In this document: in pieces, positions 50,701 to 60,367 of the stretch
How positions within the stretch are numbered: the first letter of the stretch is position 1
How the letters are laid out: each line of letters opens with the position of its first letter
The notes under the pieces: generated by a model
What the model was told of the DNA's origin: nothing
Databases searched by the model: none
Seen by the model: the letters and a program-made list of their open reading frames with translations, nothing else
Source: Candidatus Poribacteria bacterium
GTDB taxonomy: Bacteria; Poribacteria; WGA-4E; JAJDTR01
Direction of reading: 5' to 3'
Assembly: GCA_965222225.1 (NCBI GenBank)
Contig: CBDCTK010000002.1
Span: forward strand, 2,752,001 to 2,816,000
Length of the DNA stretch: 64,000 nucleotides
Translations under genes and position numbers: made by a program

Positions 50701-52891
50701 GTCAATGTTGATGGCATTGGAACATTGGCTGTTGGAATTTGCTGAGAATTGCCAGCACCAATTGGATGAATTCCTATTGAGCATCCTTCAACGAAGTGAC
50801 TCTGCCGCCATCACCGCAGTTGTGGCGAGTGTTGCTACAGCTTTTCCTCAGGAGGCATGTGAAACTCTTTTAGTTTTGCTCCGGTGTTGCGAATGCATCC
50901 TACTTGACCGGGAACGCTTCGCAATGGAAGTGCATGCACCCTCGACAGACGCACTACCCCAAATTAATGATAAAGATAGAGTCTATGAAGAGGAACGGAA
51001 ACAATCGGACGCACGTCCTAACCGAAAGTATGATCTTGAAGCTGCAATTTTTCATTTGCAGTTGGGCCCCCTTGCCGTTCGGGTGCATCAAATTCTAGAC
51101 CAGCACCGCGCGGAGTTGCCACCACCGGAAAATCAGAACAGAGAGCACCGAGTTTGGCGTATGGCGCTCAACCGGATGGACTCCCGATGCCACACAGTCT
51201 CGGAGCATGTAGAAGAAAACTCTACCAATTCTGATGACCATACGTCTCCCGAAGACGACAGACGTTATATTCGCTTGGATCCGAATGAACCTGAACCCGA
51301 CCTTAGAGAAATGATGGATCAAAGCAATGTACAAATGCAAATCATGAACGCAAGAGCGGGTCTTCTGATGTGGGGAATCAATGCCTTCGACAGCGGGGAG
51401 GAAAATGCACAAGATACTTCGCAGTGGCGACAGAGATTGCGCGAAGCTAGGAGTACTGCCGTCGAGGATAATGATGCCGAGGAGGACAGACTGTTCCGAG
51501 AAGCTCCCGGTTTCGTTGCTAGTGTTTGCGTTCGAGATTACTGGGAGGAGATGTCGGTGGAGGAGCAAGCTTGGTGTTTTAACACTATATGTTCCGTGTT
51601 GGAGCGCGATGACAATCAGCATACCGATATGGCGTACTCACAGCTGAGCAGCATGTCTGCGGGTCGTCCGTGCGCTTGGGTGTTGCCTCTTCTTTTTGGG
51701 GTACTCCTCTCAGGGCCACAGCAAATCCGTGCAAAGCAGACACTTGCAATCGCCTTGACACACCCAGTTCGCGAACTCCGTCGATATGTGGCGTCAAGCA
51801 TAGGTACAAACTTGTGGAAAATAAATCGAGATTTAGCTTTTCGCTGCGTGAATGCATTAGCAATAGAAGCTATGCTGATGCAACACGAGGTTGATGCTAA
51901 TTCGACACTTCCGTACACAGAGAGATGCCAGATAGACGATATCGCAATGAGGGTTTTTTCCATTGTTCGAGAACGGTTTGACGAAGCGATCGGTATTCCT
52001 AACGATGCATTTCGGCAATTTGACCCCACTCGAGGGTTCGGAGCAGGGGCCAACAATCAAATCCTGACAATCTTGGGACAGGTTCCCTCCGAGCCTTTAG
52101 CGATCATGGCATTTGAACAACTCGCCCACACACTCGTTGGCTGGTGGAACGATGCCGAGCAGCAGAGCGGGCGGGAAGGGCCTAGACACGAGAGAAACTA
52201 CGACTTAGAATCTGTCCTAGAAAGACACCTAGGGAGTTTCTTGCTCCGAACCTCATTGTCAAATGTCGAGAATATCCTGCAACCCATTCTACAAGCCATT
52301 GATCGTAATCCAAAGGAGGTTCACAGGTTAGTTCGAGATCTGGTCAGCGTTGAAGATCGTCAACCAAATACCCCTCAATTCTGGTCAATCTGGAATCTAT
52401 TCGCAGATAGTATACGTCGTGCTCAGTGGATTTCGCGAATTGATGATGAGCACGCAAGTGGAACCGAAATGATTTCGGTTATTTTCCTTGGACCATGGTG
52501 GAAGGAAGAAGTACGTCACTGGCGTAGCCTAGAGGGCTACGTGGGAAGCATCCACTCACTATTTGAAGATTTGCCATTTTCTGCGACGGTGTTAGACGAA
52601 TACGTTCGGTTTCTTTTCCAAATCGGCGAACAATCACTCCCCGATGCATTCATCCGTATTGCGAACAAACTTAATCAAGAAAGTTCCTCTTCGATAGCAA
52701 AAAGAGAGAATCTCATCTTTCACCTTGAGGTCCTTCTCCAGTCTTATGTATACTGGCGTCCCTTGGAACTCAAACATCGTCACAATCTCCGAGAGGCAGT
52801 TCTCTTCCTGCTCGACCTGCTTGTAGAAAACGGTTCATCCGCTGCTTACCGGATGCGAGACGATTTCGTGACCCCTGTTCCACCTAACTGA
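47729..52891 (+). CDS. Large nuclease-STAND NTPase (Avs/AVAST-like), ~1700 aa
   Basis: N-terminal GG.G..FE...TDD...QVK (PD-(D/E)xK-like); Walker A GPAGSGKS, Walker B LLVESVE, LTCR; long helical C-terminus. Start uncertain (47648, 47729 or 47801). Confidence 0.8.
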   Translation: MRFDEVERPDAIGESEPTEQLTSSMSPVPSPAATGGAGTFFEQHVDAYWLGLLLVRAIPPILIDCTLEHVHLQTRHLGWQTDDFLVMGKNESGQQQKLAGQVKRTFTVSARDAECKKTIKAFWKDFKNTQQFSSDSDRFVLVTLRGTNNLLVHFSGLLDCARASQDGTDFEYRMALPNFINRKSVQYCNDIRKIVSEIEDRNVSITDIWSFLRVMHVLSLDLNSATGQAEATIKSLLAHATSEPDAVGVADATWNALLRVVSEGMPGGRSYRREDLPEELINRHRPIADTEHSVLQSLSNHSALILDGIRSTIGSFHLERHHLVQQVIEHLESAQVILISGPAGSGKSVVAKDVLRTVRDDYFTFSFRAEEFARAHLDETLQAVQISANAATIGAILAGQDRKVLLVESVERLLEKPTRNAFVDLLSLVKKDRSWCLVLTCRDYSTNLVQSAFLGHESVAHPVVAVPPLDDEELEEIKEAYPSLAYPLTNTPLRRVLNNPYLLDKALQIEWSVERPLPHSEQEFRKLFWREIVRADHRRTGGMPSLRENAFVEVALRRARALTMYVACEGLDSEIVEALRHDSLIVYSQESNSLLAPAHDVMEDWAILHWIQKLYLKHEGSLWELSAAIGTFPAVRRTYRKWATELVESSPDASDRMFQDIVTESGIPSHFRDDTLVSLLDSSSSATFFERHAAELLANDNQFLRQVIRILRVACLTAPAWLGSLASPASVMNVPEGPAWASVLHLIQTHLSSFTQKDNYLLLGLIQDWARSVNWQNPYPEGAEAAATIAHWLLPFFPSYSSREEHKIILQIIARIPKANAHCFDGLLQECREREIQGIGPDHLLQIIFADVHGMPLVRDMPDLAISAAKDYLLCSEPSLQSQWVYERHLELEPLFGIKKNRHFGFFPASALHGPFLPLLQHHPYQGVDFIVEVFNHSADWYAHPRLEYGNVERPFEITLTFADRTSRSQWCNPRLWNLYRGTSVGPYVLQSMLMALEHWLLEFAENCQHQLDEFLLSILQRSDSAAITAVVASVATAFPQEACETLLVLLRCCECILLDRERFAMEVHAPSTDALPQINDKDRVYEEERKQSDARPNRKYDLEAAIFHLQLGPLAVRVHQILDQHRAELPPPENQNREHRVWRMALNRMDSRCHTVSEHVEENSTNSDDHTSPEDDRRYIRLDPNEPEPDLREMMDQSNVQMQIMNARAGLLMWGINAFDSGEENAQDTSQWRQRLREARSTAVEDNDAEEDRLFREAPGFVASVCVRDYWEEMSVEEQAWCFNTICSVLERDDNQHTDMAYSQLSSMSAGRPCAWVLPLLFGVLLSGPQQIRAKQTLAIALTHPVRELRRYVASSIGTNLWKINRDLAFRCVNALAIEAMLMQHEVDANSTLPYTERCQIDDIAMRVFSIVRERFDEAIGIPNDAFRQFDPTRGFGAGANNQILTILGQVPSEPLAIMAFEQLAHTLVGWWNDAEQQSGREGPRHERNYDLESVLERHLGSFLLRTSLSNVENILQPILQAIDRNPKEVHRLVRDLVSVEDRQPNTPQFWSIWNLFADSIRRAQWISRIDDEHASGTEMISVIFLGPWWKEEVRHWRSLEGYVGSIHSLFEDLPFSATVLDEYVRFLFQIGEQSLPDAFIRIANKLNQESSSSIAKRENLIFHLEVLLQSYVYWRPLELKHRHNLREAVLFLLDLLVENGSSAAYRMRDDFVTPVPPN

Positions 52892-52990
52892 TGCCAAATG
52901 TAATTGTTCCTCCCTTGAAACATAAGATTAACTTCACAGACAGCTCGTGCTAAATCTACCATACCAAGAAAGAATAAGGAGCAGACCACG

Positions 52991-54109
52991 ATGAAACCCG
53001 AAAAAGCACTCGCCGCCGCCGCCGCCCGCGGCGACCTCGACACCATGCGCGACATGATCAACGAGGACAAGACGCTCGCGGCACACTGGCAGCCAATAAT
53101 GGACGCCTGCTACGTCGGACAGGCGGACGCCGTAGCGCTTCTGTTGGAGAACGGCGCCGATCCGAACATCAAATCCAAGTCGGCGCACCACTACCGTCCC
53201 TTGCATCGCACCGTAGAATTCAAAAAGACGGCGCCCAAGCACGACGGTCACCATCAAGTCGTCGATCTGCTGCTCAATGCCGGCGCCGACCCGTTGATGC
53301 CCGGCAGCTACTGGCTCATCAGTGCCATTGCCCTGTGCGCCACCGGCGATTCCGCCGAATTTCTGCCGGCGCTGCTGAAGAAAGCGACCAATCAGCATGA
53401 CATCTTCCACGCCGCTGTCCTCGGCGATGCCGAGCGCGTGAATGCTCTATTGAAAGCCGACCCGTCTCTAGCGAAGGCTCACCACGAAGGCACTAAACTC
53501 TGGACGGACGACGATGGCTGGACACCGCTAAACTACTGTGTGCGCTCGCATGTAGGAAAGTACGGCGAGGAGACGAGCAAAGGGCTGGTACAGATTGCGC
53601 GGACGCTAATTGACCACGGCGCCGACATGGGAGGTTGTGTCGATCAAGCCATCTACAGCAACAACATGGAGGTCTTCGAAATGCTCCTCAAGGCCGGGGG
53701 GACTTGTGCCGACGACGACACCATCAATCACGCCGCCTGTGATGGGCAGTTTGACGCCTTGGAGCTGCTGTTGGCGTACGGAGGCAAACTCGACGGCACC
53801 CGCGGCACCGAGCATCACGGCGTGTACACCCCGCTCGGCTGCGCCGTTTCCTGTCACAGCATCAAGGGTGCAAAATGGCTGCTTGAGAAGGGGCAGGATC
53901 CCAACACAATCAAGAGCAAAGACGGAGAGAACTGCCTGCACGTGGCGGTGCATTTCGGCGCCAGCGACAAAATGCTGCAGTTGCTGCTTGATCGTGGCGC
54001 CAAGATTAATCAGAAGGATAAGCAGGGACGGACGCCTCTCGCCAGAGCGCACGAGAAGGACCACACGAAAGCCATCGCATTCCTCGAAGCTGCGGGATCC
54101 CAAGCCTAA
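52991..54109 (+). CDS. Ankyrin repeat protein
   Basis: LLENGADPN, WTPLN, TPLGCA, GENCLHVA, GRTPL. Confidence 0.93.
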   Translation: MKPEKALAAAAARGDLDTMRDMINEDKTLAAHWQPIMDACYVGQADAVALLLENGADPNIKSKSAHHYRPLHRTVEFKKTAPKHDGHHQVVDLLLNAGADPLMPGSYWLISAIALCATGDSAEFLPALLKKATNQHDIFHAAVLGDAERVNALLKADPSLAKAHHEGTKLWTDDDGWTPLNYCVRSHVGKYGEETSKGLVQIARTLIDHGADMGGCVDQAIYSNNMEVFEMLLKAGGTCADDDTINHAACDGQFDALELLLAYGGKLDGTRGTEHHGVYTPLGCAVSCHSIKGAKWLLEKGQDPNTIKSKDGENCLHVAVHFGASDKMLQLLLDRGAKINQKDKQGRTPLARAHEKDHTKAIAFLEAAGSQA

Positions 54110-54227
54110 CCATCCCTGAAACGCCCGGATTTTCACACACTTAGTTATGTATTACGCATTACGTATTATCGTTTTGACGTACGCCATTAAATGGGTTGGA
54201 ATCGTCCCATGAACATCGGAGTGAATT

Positions 54228-54611
54228 ATGAAAATCAATCTCGCCAGCATCTTCGTAGACGACCAAGAAAAGGCTCTCAAATTCTATGTTGAGGTACTAG
54301 GCTTTGTTAAGAAACAGGATGTGCCGGTAGGAGAATTCAAGTGGCTTACCGTGGTCTCTCCCGATGGCCCGGACGATATTGAGCTACTGCTTGAACCCAA
54401 CAATAATCCCGCAGCCAAGACCTACCAAAAGGCAATCTTTGAGCAGGGGATACCCCACACCGCGTTTGCCGTGGACGATATCCATAAAGAGTACGAGCGA
54501 CTGAAAGACCGGGGCGTCGTATTCACGATGGAGCCAACCGAATCAGGCCCGGCGATCCTGGCGATCTTCAACGACACCTGCGGCAACCTGATACAGCTCT
54601 ATCAGGTCTAA
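54228..54611 (+). CDS. VOC/glyoxalase family protein
   Basis: VDDQEKALKFY..VLGF, ELLLEP, DTCGNLIQL. Confidence 0.93.
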   Translation: MKINLASIFVDDQEKALKFYVEVLGFVKKQDVPVGEFKWLTVVSPDGPDDIELLLEPNNNPAAKTYQKAIFEQGIPHTAFAVDDIHKEYERLKDRGVVFTMEPTESGPAILAIFNDTCGNLIQLYQV

Positions 54612-54683
54612 GCCAACGAATTGTCGCGAGTACAACTCGCTCCTACAGAAGACGTGATCTCCCCGGCGATGCAATTTTATGCC

Positions 54684-54712
54684 TTGACAACTATACGCGT
54701 GTATAGTATAGT
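54684..54712 (+). promoter_or_regulatory. Sigma70 promoter with a palindromic operator in its spacer
   Basis: TTGACA-N17-TATAGT; ACTATAC-N4-GTATAGT at 54690-54707; ATG 7 nt after the -10 element. Confidence 0.7.
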
Positions 54713-54718
54713 TAAGGC

Positions 54719-55498
54719 ATGGCACATTCCCACTTAACCATAGAGGAGACCGGCGCGCGTTCGGTTCTAATGCCCCAAGACGGCCCCCCTGTCACGCAGT
54801 ACACGCTCAACCCGTACAGCGGCTGCGGCATGGGATGTAGCTACTGCTACGTCATGAAATACCCTCATGTCCGCGAGAATCCTCTGCCTTGGGGTACTTG
54901 GGTTCAGCCGAAGATGAACGCCCCCTTCCTCTTGGGAAAGGCGCGCGCCAAGATTTGGGGACGCGGAATTTTTATCGGGTCTGCCACCGATCCGTATCAA
55001 TACATCGAACGCCAATACCGTTTGACCCGGCGCTGCTTGAAAGTCCTGCTGGAAAGCAATCCGAAAAGCGTTGTGATTCATACGCGCAGCCACGTCATCT
55101 TGGATGACCTTGAGTTATTGCGGGAATTCGGGAATCGCCTGCGTGTGGGATTCTCCGTGCCCACCGACGACGATCGCGTACGGCGCAAACTCGAGCCGCA
55201 CGCCCCGCGGATTGAAGTGCGTCTCAAGACCATGCGGCGCCTTCGGGACGCGGGCATCACGGTGCAGGGAGCGTTAGCCCCGCTGCTCTACTGTCAGCCA
55301 AGCCGTTTCGTACGACTGCTCAAAGACGCCGCCGATCAGGTTTACATGGGGGAGATGCGTTACTTGGACAAAACCGCCATACGCCAGATGAAACAAGCCA
55401 GAGCCTATTTCGGCAGCACGGCATACGAGGAATTGCAAGACGAAATGAGACAGTGTCTCATCAATGAGGGGTTACTGAAGGATTATAACGGTGAATAA
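54719..55498 (+). CDS. Radical SAM protein, spore photoproduct lyase-like DNA repair family
   Basis: LNPYSGCGMGCSYCY (CxxxCxxC), SATDPYQ..E....LTR, EP.AP....R. Confidence 0.9.
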   Translation: MAHSHLTIEETGARSVLMPQDGPPVTQYTLNPYSGCGMGCSYCYVMKYPHVRENPLPWGTWVQPKMNAPFLLGKARAKIWGRGIFIGSATDPYQYIERQYRLTRRCLKVLLESNPKSVVIHTRSHVILDDLELLREFGNRLRVGFSVPTDDDRVRRKLEPHAPRIEVRLKTMRRLRDAGITVQGALAPLLYCQPSRFVRLLKDAADQVYMGEMRYLDKTAIRQMKQARAYFGSTAYEELQDEMRQCLINEGLLKDYNGE

Positions 55499-55502
55499 CA
55501 AA

Positions 55503-55985
55503 CTTGTAGGGTGGGCATTGCCCACCGTTTTTACTTACCGTCCACCGATTGTCTCTTGACGTGCCTGCCCACCTTTCGCCCCTCCGGGGCTTTTTCAAAT
55601 TTATCGGTATTGCCAGCTTTACACCTGTCGCACCGTTGGTGCTTTAATAGTCATTGCAGCTAAGAATTACACATATAGGATTTACGCGGTTCGGTTTGTA
55701 GTAGCGATCAACCGAACGGATAGTGAGGGATCGAGGGAATGGGTAATGACCGCGATAGAGTTCCCATAGAAATCCCATTATCGCGCGTCTTCCGTGGAAG
55801 CGACCTGTGCTCGCGACCGGGAGATCGCTCCTACAGTGGAGCCATCGTTACAATCTTTAAATCGCCAAGTGTGTGTAAATATGAATGACTATAGAAATTG
55901 GTACGCAATCTTGTAGGGTGGGCACTGCCCACCATTTTTACTTACCCTCCACCGATTCTCTCTTAACATCCCCGTCCACCGTTTC
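55503..55985. repeat. Mosaic of REP/MITE modules bounded by ~60-bp direct repeats
   Basis: CTTGTAGGGTGGGCA.TGCCCACC.TTTTTACTTACC.TCCACCGATT at 55503 and 55910. Confidence 0.8.
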
Positions 55986-56121
55986 ACCCTATCGACACAA
56001 TCGTCCACACAGCAACTGCGGAAACGTCCATTGACGCGCTCTCGATAGGCGTGCTATATTACAATCCCAACGCACCCTCACCCAAAATCCAATCTATCCA
56101 TCAAACCGATGTTAGTGCCTC

Positions 56122-56829
56122 ATGCCAAACTTCCAGACCTTTAGCACAGCACACCTTATTGTATTGGGGTTGACACTCGGCGTGCCGATTCTGCTTGCGG
56201 CAATCGCCCAACGCAGAGCAGCCACCGTAATCGGCTATCTTCTGGCTAGCGTGCTCCTGACCAACGAAGTAACCAACTGGTGCTACCGGTTCGCCGAGTT
56301 TAGTCTTTCCGATTTCATCCGAAACCACCTTCCCCTTCACGCCTGCGGCATTGCAGTGCTCGCGACGGCTGCAGCGCTCCTCTTTCGCAACCAGCGGGCA
56401 TACGAAATCGCCTACTTCTGGGGTTTGGTCGGTTCCTCAAATGCGGTCATTACCCCGTCATTGGGCGTAGAAGAGGGATTTCCATCATACCGTTTCTTCC
56501 AGTATTTCGTTGCACATTCTGGAATCGTCGTAGGTGTCCTATTCGCGACTTGGGGCTTGCGGATGCGCCCGAAACTTGGCGGTCTCTTCCGTGCCTTTGT
56601 CTGCCTAAACCTCTTTGCCCTGGGCGTCGGGGTATTCAACGTCGTTATGGGATCGAATTACATGTTTCTCTGCGAACCTCCCCAGACAGCCTCTCCCTTC
56701 TTCTTCGCGCCTTGGCCCTGGTATATTCCCATACTAGACCTAGTCGCGTTCGGAATGTTCTTCGCCGTCTTCTCCCCGTTTCTTGTATCCATGTGGTGGT
56801 CAACCCGCAAATCAGCCGGCCCAGCGTGA
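56122..56829 (+). CDS. TIGR02206 (YwaF-like) integral membrane protein
   Basis: LPLHAC, YFWG, F.F..YFVAH, NYMFL, PWPWYI. Confidence 0.85.
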   Translation: MPNFQTFSTAHLIVLGLTLGVPILLAAIAQRRAATVIGYLLASVLLTNEVTNWCYRFAEFSLSDFIRNHLPLHACGIAVLATAAALLFRNQRAYEIAYFWGLVGSSNAVITPSLGVEEGFPSYRFFQYFVAHSGIVVGVLFATWGLRMRPKLGGLFRAFVCLNLFALGVGVFNVVMGSNYMFLCEPPQTASPFFFAPWPWYIPILDLVAFGMFFAVFSPFLVSMWWSTRKSAGPA

Positions 56830-57086
56830 AGAATCAGTCTAATCGCCATCGCTGACCGCGTCGTCCGTCCATACGGGGTTCCTCGCGTCTGTCTTTCACG
56901 CATTACGCTGTTCGTTTACGCTGTTCGTGCCATCAAAAAAGATGTGACACCTGCGTAAAAATCTGATATAATAAATTGGCGCGTATGTTGCCAACACATG
57001 GGTAAGAACGCACCAGAACTTTGCGAGGGACGGAATCCACGTAAGCCTGTTTCCCAATAGCCCAAACAGCATAATCAGGAAAATTA

Positions 57087-57653
57087 ATGGTATTATCAGA
57101 TCGGGACATCGAACGCTACTTGGAGAAAGGCAAAATCAAGATTACACCCGCGCCGAACCTCCAAGAACAGCTTGGATCGTGTTCGATCGATTTCAGGCTG
57201 GGCAACATCTTCCGTGTATTTGAACACAGCAGGCACCCCCACATAGACCTACGCGCGGCGACCGACATGGGCGATCTGATGCGCAAGGTCGAAGTGCCGG
57301 ATGGCGAGGCGTTCACGATGCAACCCGGCGAGTTCGTGTTAGCCGCGACGTTGGAGCATTTTGAGTTGGCTGACGATCTGATGGCGCGCTTGGAAGGACG
57401 AAGCAGCCTCGGGCGGCTTGGCATTATAGTTCACAGCACCGCCGGACTGTTTGATCCGGGTTGGGTAGGAACGGCAACCCTGGAACTTGGTAACCTTGGG
57501 CGGATGCCCGTCACACTGTATCCCGGTATGCGGATATGCGCGTTCACCTTTGAACCCCTATCTTCGCCGGCAAAAGTGCCTTATCGACTGAAACCGGACA
57601 ACAAATATGCGGGGCAGATTGAGCCGGAAACAAGCCGCTTTGAACGATTCTAA
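57087..57653 (+). CDS. dcd: dCTP deaminase
   Basis: LSDRDI, SIDFRLG, LEGRSSLGRLG..VHSTAG..DPGW.G..TLEL, KYAGQ. Confidence 0.96.
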   Translation: MVLSDRDIERYLEKGKIKITPAPNLQEQLGSCSIDFRLGNIFRVFEHSRHPHIDLRAATDMGDLMRKVEVPDGEAFTMQPGEFVLAATLEHFELADDLMARLEGRSSLGRLGIIVHSTAGLFDPGWVGTATLELGNLGRMPVTLYPGMRICAFTFEPLSSPAKVPYRLKPDNKYAGQIEPETSRFERF

Positions 57654-57708
57654 GCCCATCGAACCGGCACCGCCCAGGTTCCACTGCAATAATCGCATAA
57701 GCGGCAAA

Positions 57709-57748
57709 TGCTAGAATCTTCAGCATTTTTATGCTCAATAATTGGGCA
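57709..57748. promoter_or_regulatory. Two tandem NtrC-like enhancer sites
   Basis: TGC-N11-GCA at 57709-57725 and TGCTCAATAATTGGGCA at 57732-57748. Confidence 0.55.
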
Positions 57749-57888
57749 ACAATCTGACCCGGTATGGCTGCCTCCGTAGATGAGGCACAGCCAAGCGGCT
57801 CCGGAATTTATCTCTAGCGTATAGTGAAGGTCGGAATAGCCGTCCCACTGCGAGATTTTTCCTGTGCCAGTAACTCTACTAATATTGT

Positions 57889-57903
57889 TGGCATATCCTT
57901 TGC
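57889..57903 (+). promoter_or_regulatory. Sigma54 (-24/-12) promoter upstream of glnA
   Basis: TGGCATATCCTTTGC (GG-N10-GC). Confidence 0.7.
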
Positions 57904-58231
57904 GCTGCGTTGGAGTCGCAAATATATTTGAATAAATCTAATGCAAGTTAATTTTGAACACTTTGGAGGTACGGAGGTAGTTAATCTCGTTATTTCGTTA
58001 ATCGCGGTTTCTTGTGAAGTACGGTTACGAGTTTTACCAGTGAATCCCATTCCGGCTTAAGGAATTCATAGATTTTGACTTACCCACTTTGGTCTGAATT
58101 GACTCGCGCGAGTCGTTTTTAAGTTTACGCATGCAGCTTGTCTCATGTTGGTTACAAAGTAGACACGTCAACACCATACTGCAGCAGTTCATCGTGTTTC
58201 TTGTTGAGGAGGATGTTGAGGAGGATAACGT

Positions 58232-59647
58232 ATGACACCAAGTGATGTAGTTGCACTTGCTAAGGAGAAAGAGGTTAAGATTGTCGACTTCAAGTTCATG
58301 GATTTGCCGGGGATGTGGCAACACTTTTCTATTCCGGCAACAGAACTTAAAGAGGACATGTTTGAAGAGGGGCTCGGTTTCGACGGTTCGAGTATTCGCG
58401 GCTTTCAAGCGATTAACGAAAGCGACATGTTGCTGTTCCCCGATCCCGCAACCGCAATCGTCGACCCGGTCTGCGGAATTCCCACACTGAGCATCATCTG
58501 CAACATCAAGGACCCGATTACGCTCGAAAGTTATACGCGCGATGTGCGGCATATCGCTCAGAAAGCGGAAGCGTACCTGATTTCGACGGGGATTGCCGAT
58601 ACGAGCTACTGGGGACCGGAAGCCGAATTCTTCCTATTCAGCGATGTCCGTTATGGCCAAAACCAGCATTCAGGCTACTATTTTGTCGATTCGACAGAGG
58701 GTAGCTGGAATACCGGCACCGATGAGGGACCAAACCTCGGCCATAAACCCCGCTACAAGGAAGGGTATTTCCCTGTGCCGCCATCGGATTCAATGCAGGA
58801 CATTCGATCCGAGATGATGCTCAAAATGATCGAAAGCGGCGTTGATGTGGAAGTCCACCACCACGAGGTAGGCACCGGCGGGCAGGCTGAGATCGATCTC
58901 CGTTTTGACACGATGACGCGAATCGGAGACAAGATGGCACTGTATAAGTACATCATTAAGAACGTGGCGCGCGCCCACAATCTGACGGCGACCTTCATGC
59001 CGAAACCCCTCTTCCAAGACAACGGGTCGGGCATGCACGTACACCAGAGTTTGTGGAAAAACGGGAAGAACATATTCTATGATCCGCAGGGGTATGCGCT
59101 TCTGAGTGAGGACGCACTATACTACATTGGCGGCTTGCTGAAACACGCGCCATCGCTCTGCGCGATTATCGCACCCACGACCAACTCCTACAAGCGGCTG
59201 GTGCCGGGTTATGAAGCTCCGGTAAATATCGCATATTCGCAGAGAAACCGTAGCGCCTGCGTGCGTATTCCTGTTTACTCTAAGAGTGAAAAGGGGAAGC
59301 GGGTGGAATTCCGTACGCCGGATCCCTCCTGTAATCCATATCTCGCCTGTAGCGCGCTGCTCATGGCGGGCCTCGACGGTATCCAGAACAAGATTCACCC
59401 CGGCGATCCGCTTGATAGAGACTTGTATGATCTTGAGCCGGAGGAGCTGGATTCAATCGATTCCACTCCGGCATCCTTGGCGGAGTCGCTTGACGCTTTG
59501 GAGGACGACCACGAATATCTGCTCAAGGGGGATGTAATTACTCAAGATGTAATTGATACGTGGATAGACTACAAGCGCGAAAACGAGGTCGATGCGGTCA
59601 ATGTACGTCCGCATCCACACGAGTTCCATCTCTACTACGATATTTAA
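58232..59647 (+). CDS. glnA: Glutamine synthetase type I
   Basis: [22 protein letters not shown]...[30 protein letters not shown]. Confidence 0.98.
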   Translation: MTPSDVVALAKEKEVKIVDFKFMDLPGMWQHFSIPATELKEDMFEEGLGFDGSSIRGFQAINESDMLLFPDPATAIVDPVCGIPTLSIICNIKDPITLESYTRDVRHIAQKAEAYLISTGIADTSYWGPEAEFFLFSDVRYGQNQHSGYYFVDSTEGSWNTGTDEGPNLGHKPRYKEGYFPVPPSDSMQDIRSEMMLKMIESGVDVEVHHHEVGTGGQAEIDLRFDTMTRIGDKMALYKYIIKNVARAHNLTATFMPKPLFQDNGSGMHVHQSLWKNGKNIFYDPQGYALLSEDALYYIGGLLKHAPSLCAIIAPTTNSYKRLVPGYEAPVNIAYSQRNRSACVRIPVYSKSEKGKRVEFRTPDPSCNPYLACSALLMAGLDGIQNKIHPGDPLDRDLYDLEPEELDSIDSTPASLAESLDALEDDHEYLLKGDVITQDVIDTWIDYKRENEVDAVNVRPHPHEFHLYYDI

Positions 59648-60085
<438 letters not shown>

Positions 60086-60314
60086 TCGCACGGCGCGCAC
60101 ATTTCCGCATTTGATAACGCATAGATTGTGACAACTATGATTGTTTAGGCGTACAACTGAGCGGATAGCGAAGGCGATAGCAATCCTACTCACTATACTA
60201 TTCCCTTGATCCTACAGCGAGAAACCGCGTCCTGCTCGCAGTCCGAAATCTTTAACTACCGGATGTTAAAAGCATGGTAGTTCGGTGTCGAACTGCACCA
60301 TCTCCGCCAGAAAC

Positions 60315-60364
60315 AAAAAAGGGAGGGACTATCACCTAATCTCCGGTGACAGTTCCTCCCTTTT
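60315..60364. terminator. Bidirectional intrinsic terminator
   Basis: AAAAAA-GGGAGGGACT.TCACC...GGTGA.AGTTCCTCCC-TTTT between convergent glnB and the tRNA. Confidence 0.7.
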
Positions 60365-60367
60365 CTA

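Noticed and set aside
55503-55985. CRISPR array
   Set aside because: Only two long direct repeats ~400 bp apart with REP modules between them; no regular repeat-spacer period and no cas genes.
57950-58030. Glutamine (glnA) riboswitch, prompted by ACGGAGGTAG
   Set aside because: The other conserved segments and pairing of the motif were not recognisable; an Rfam search would be needed.
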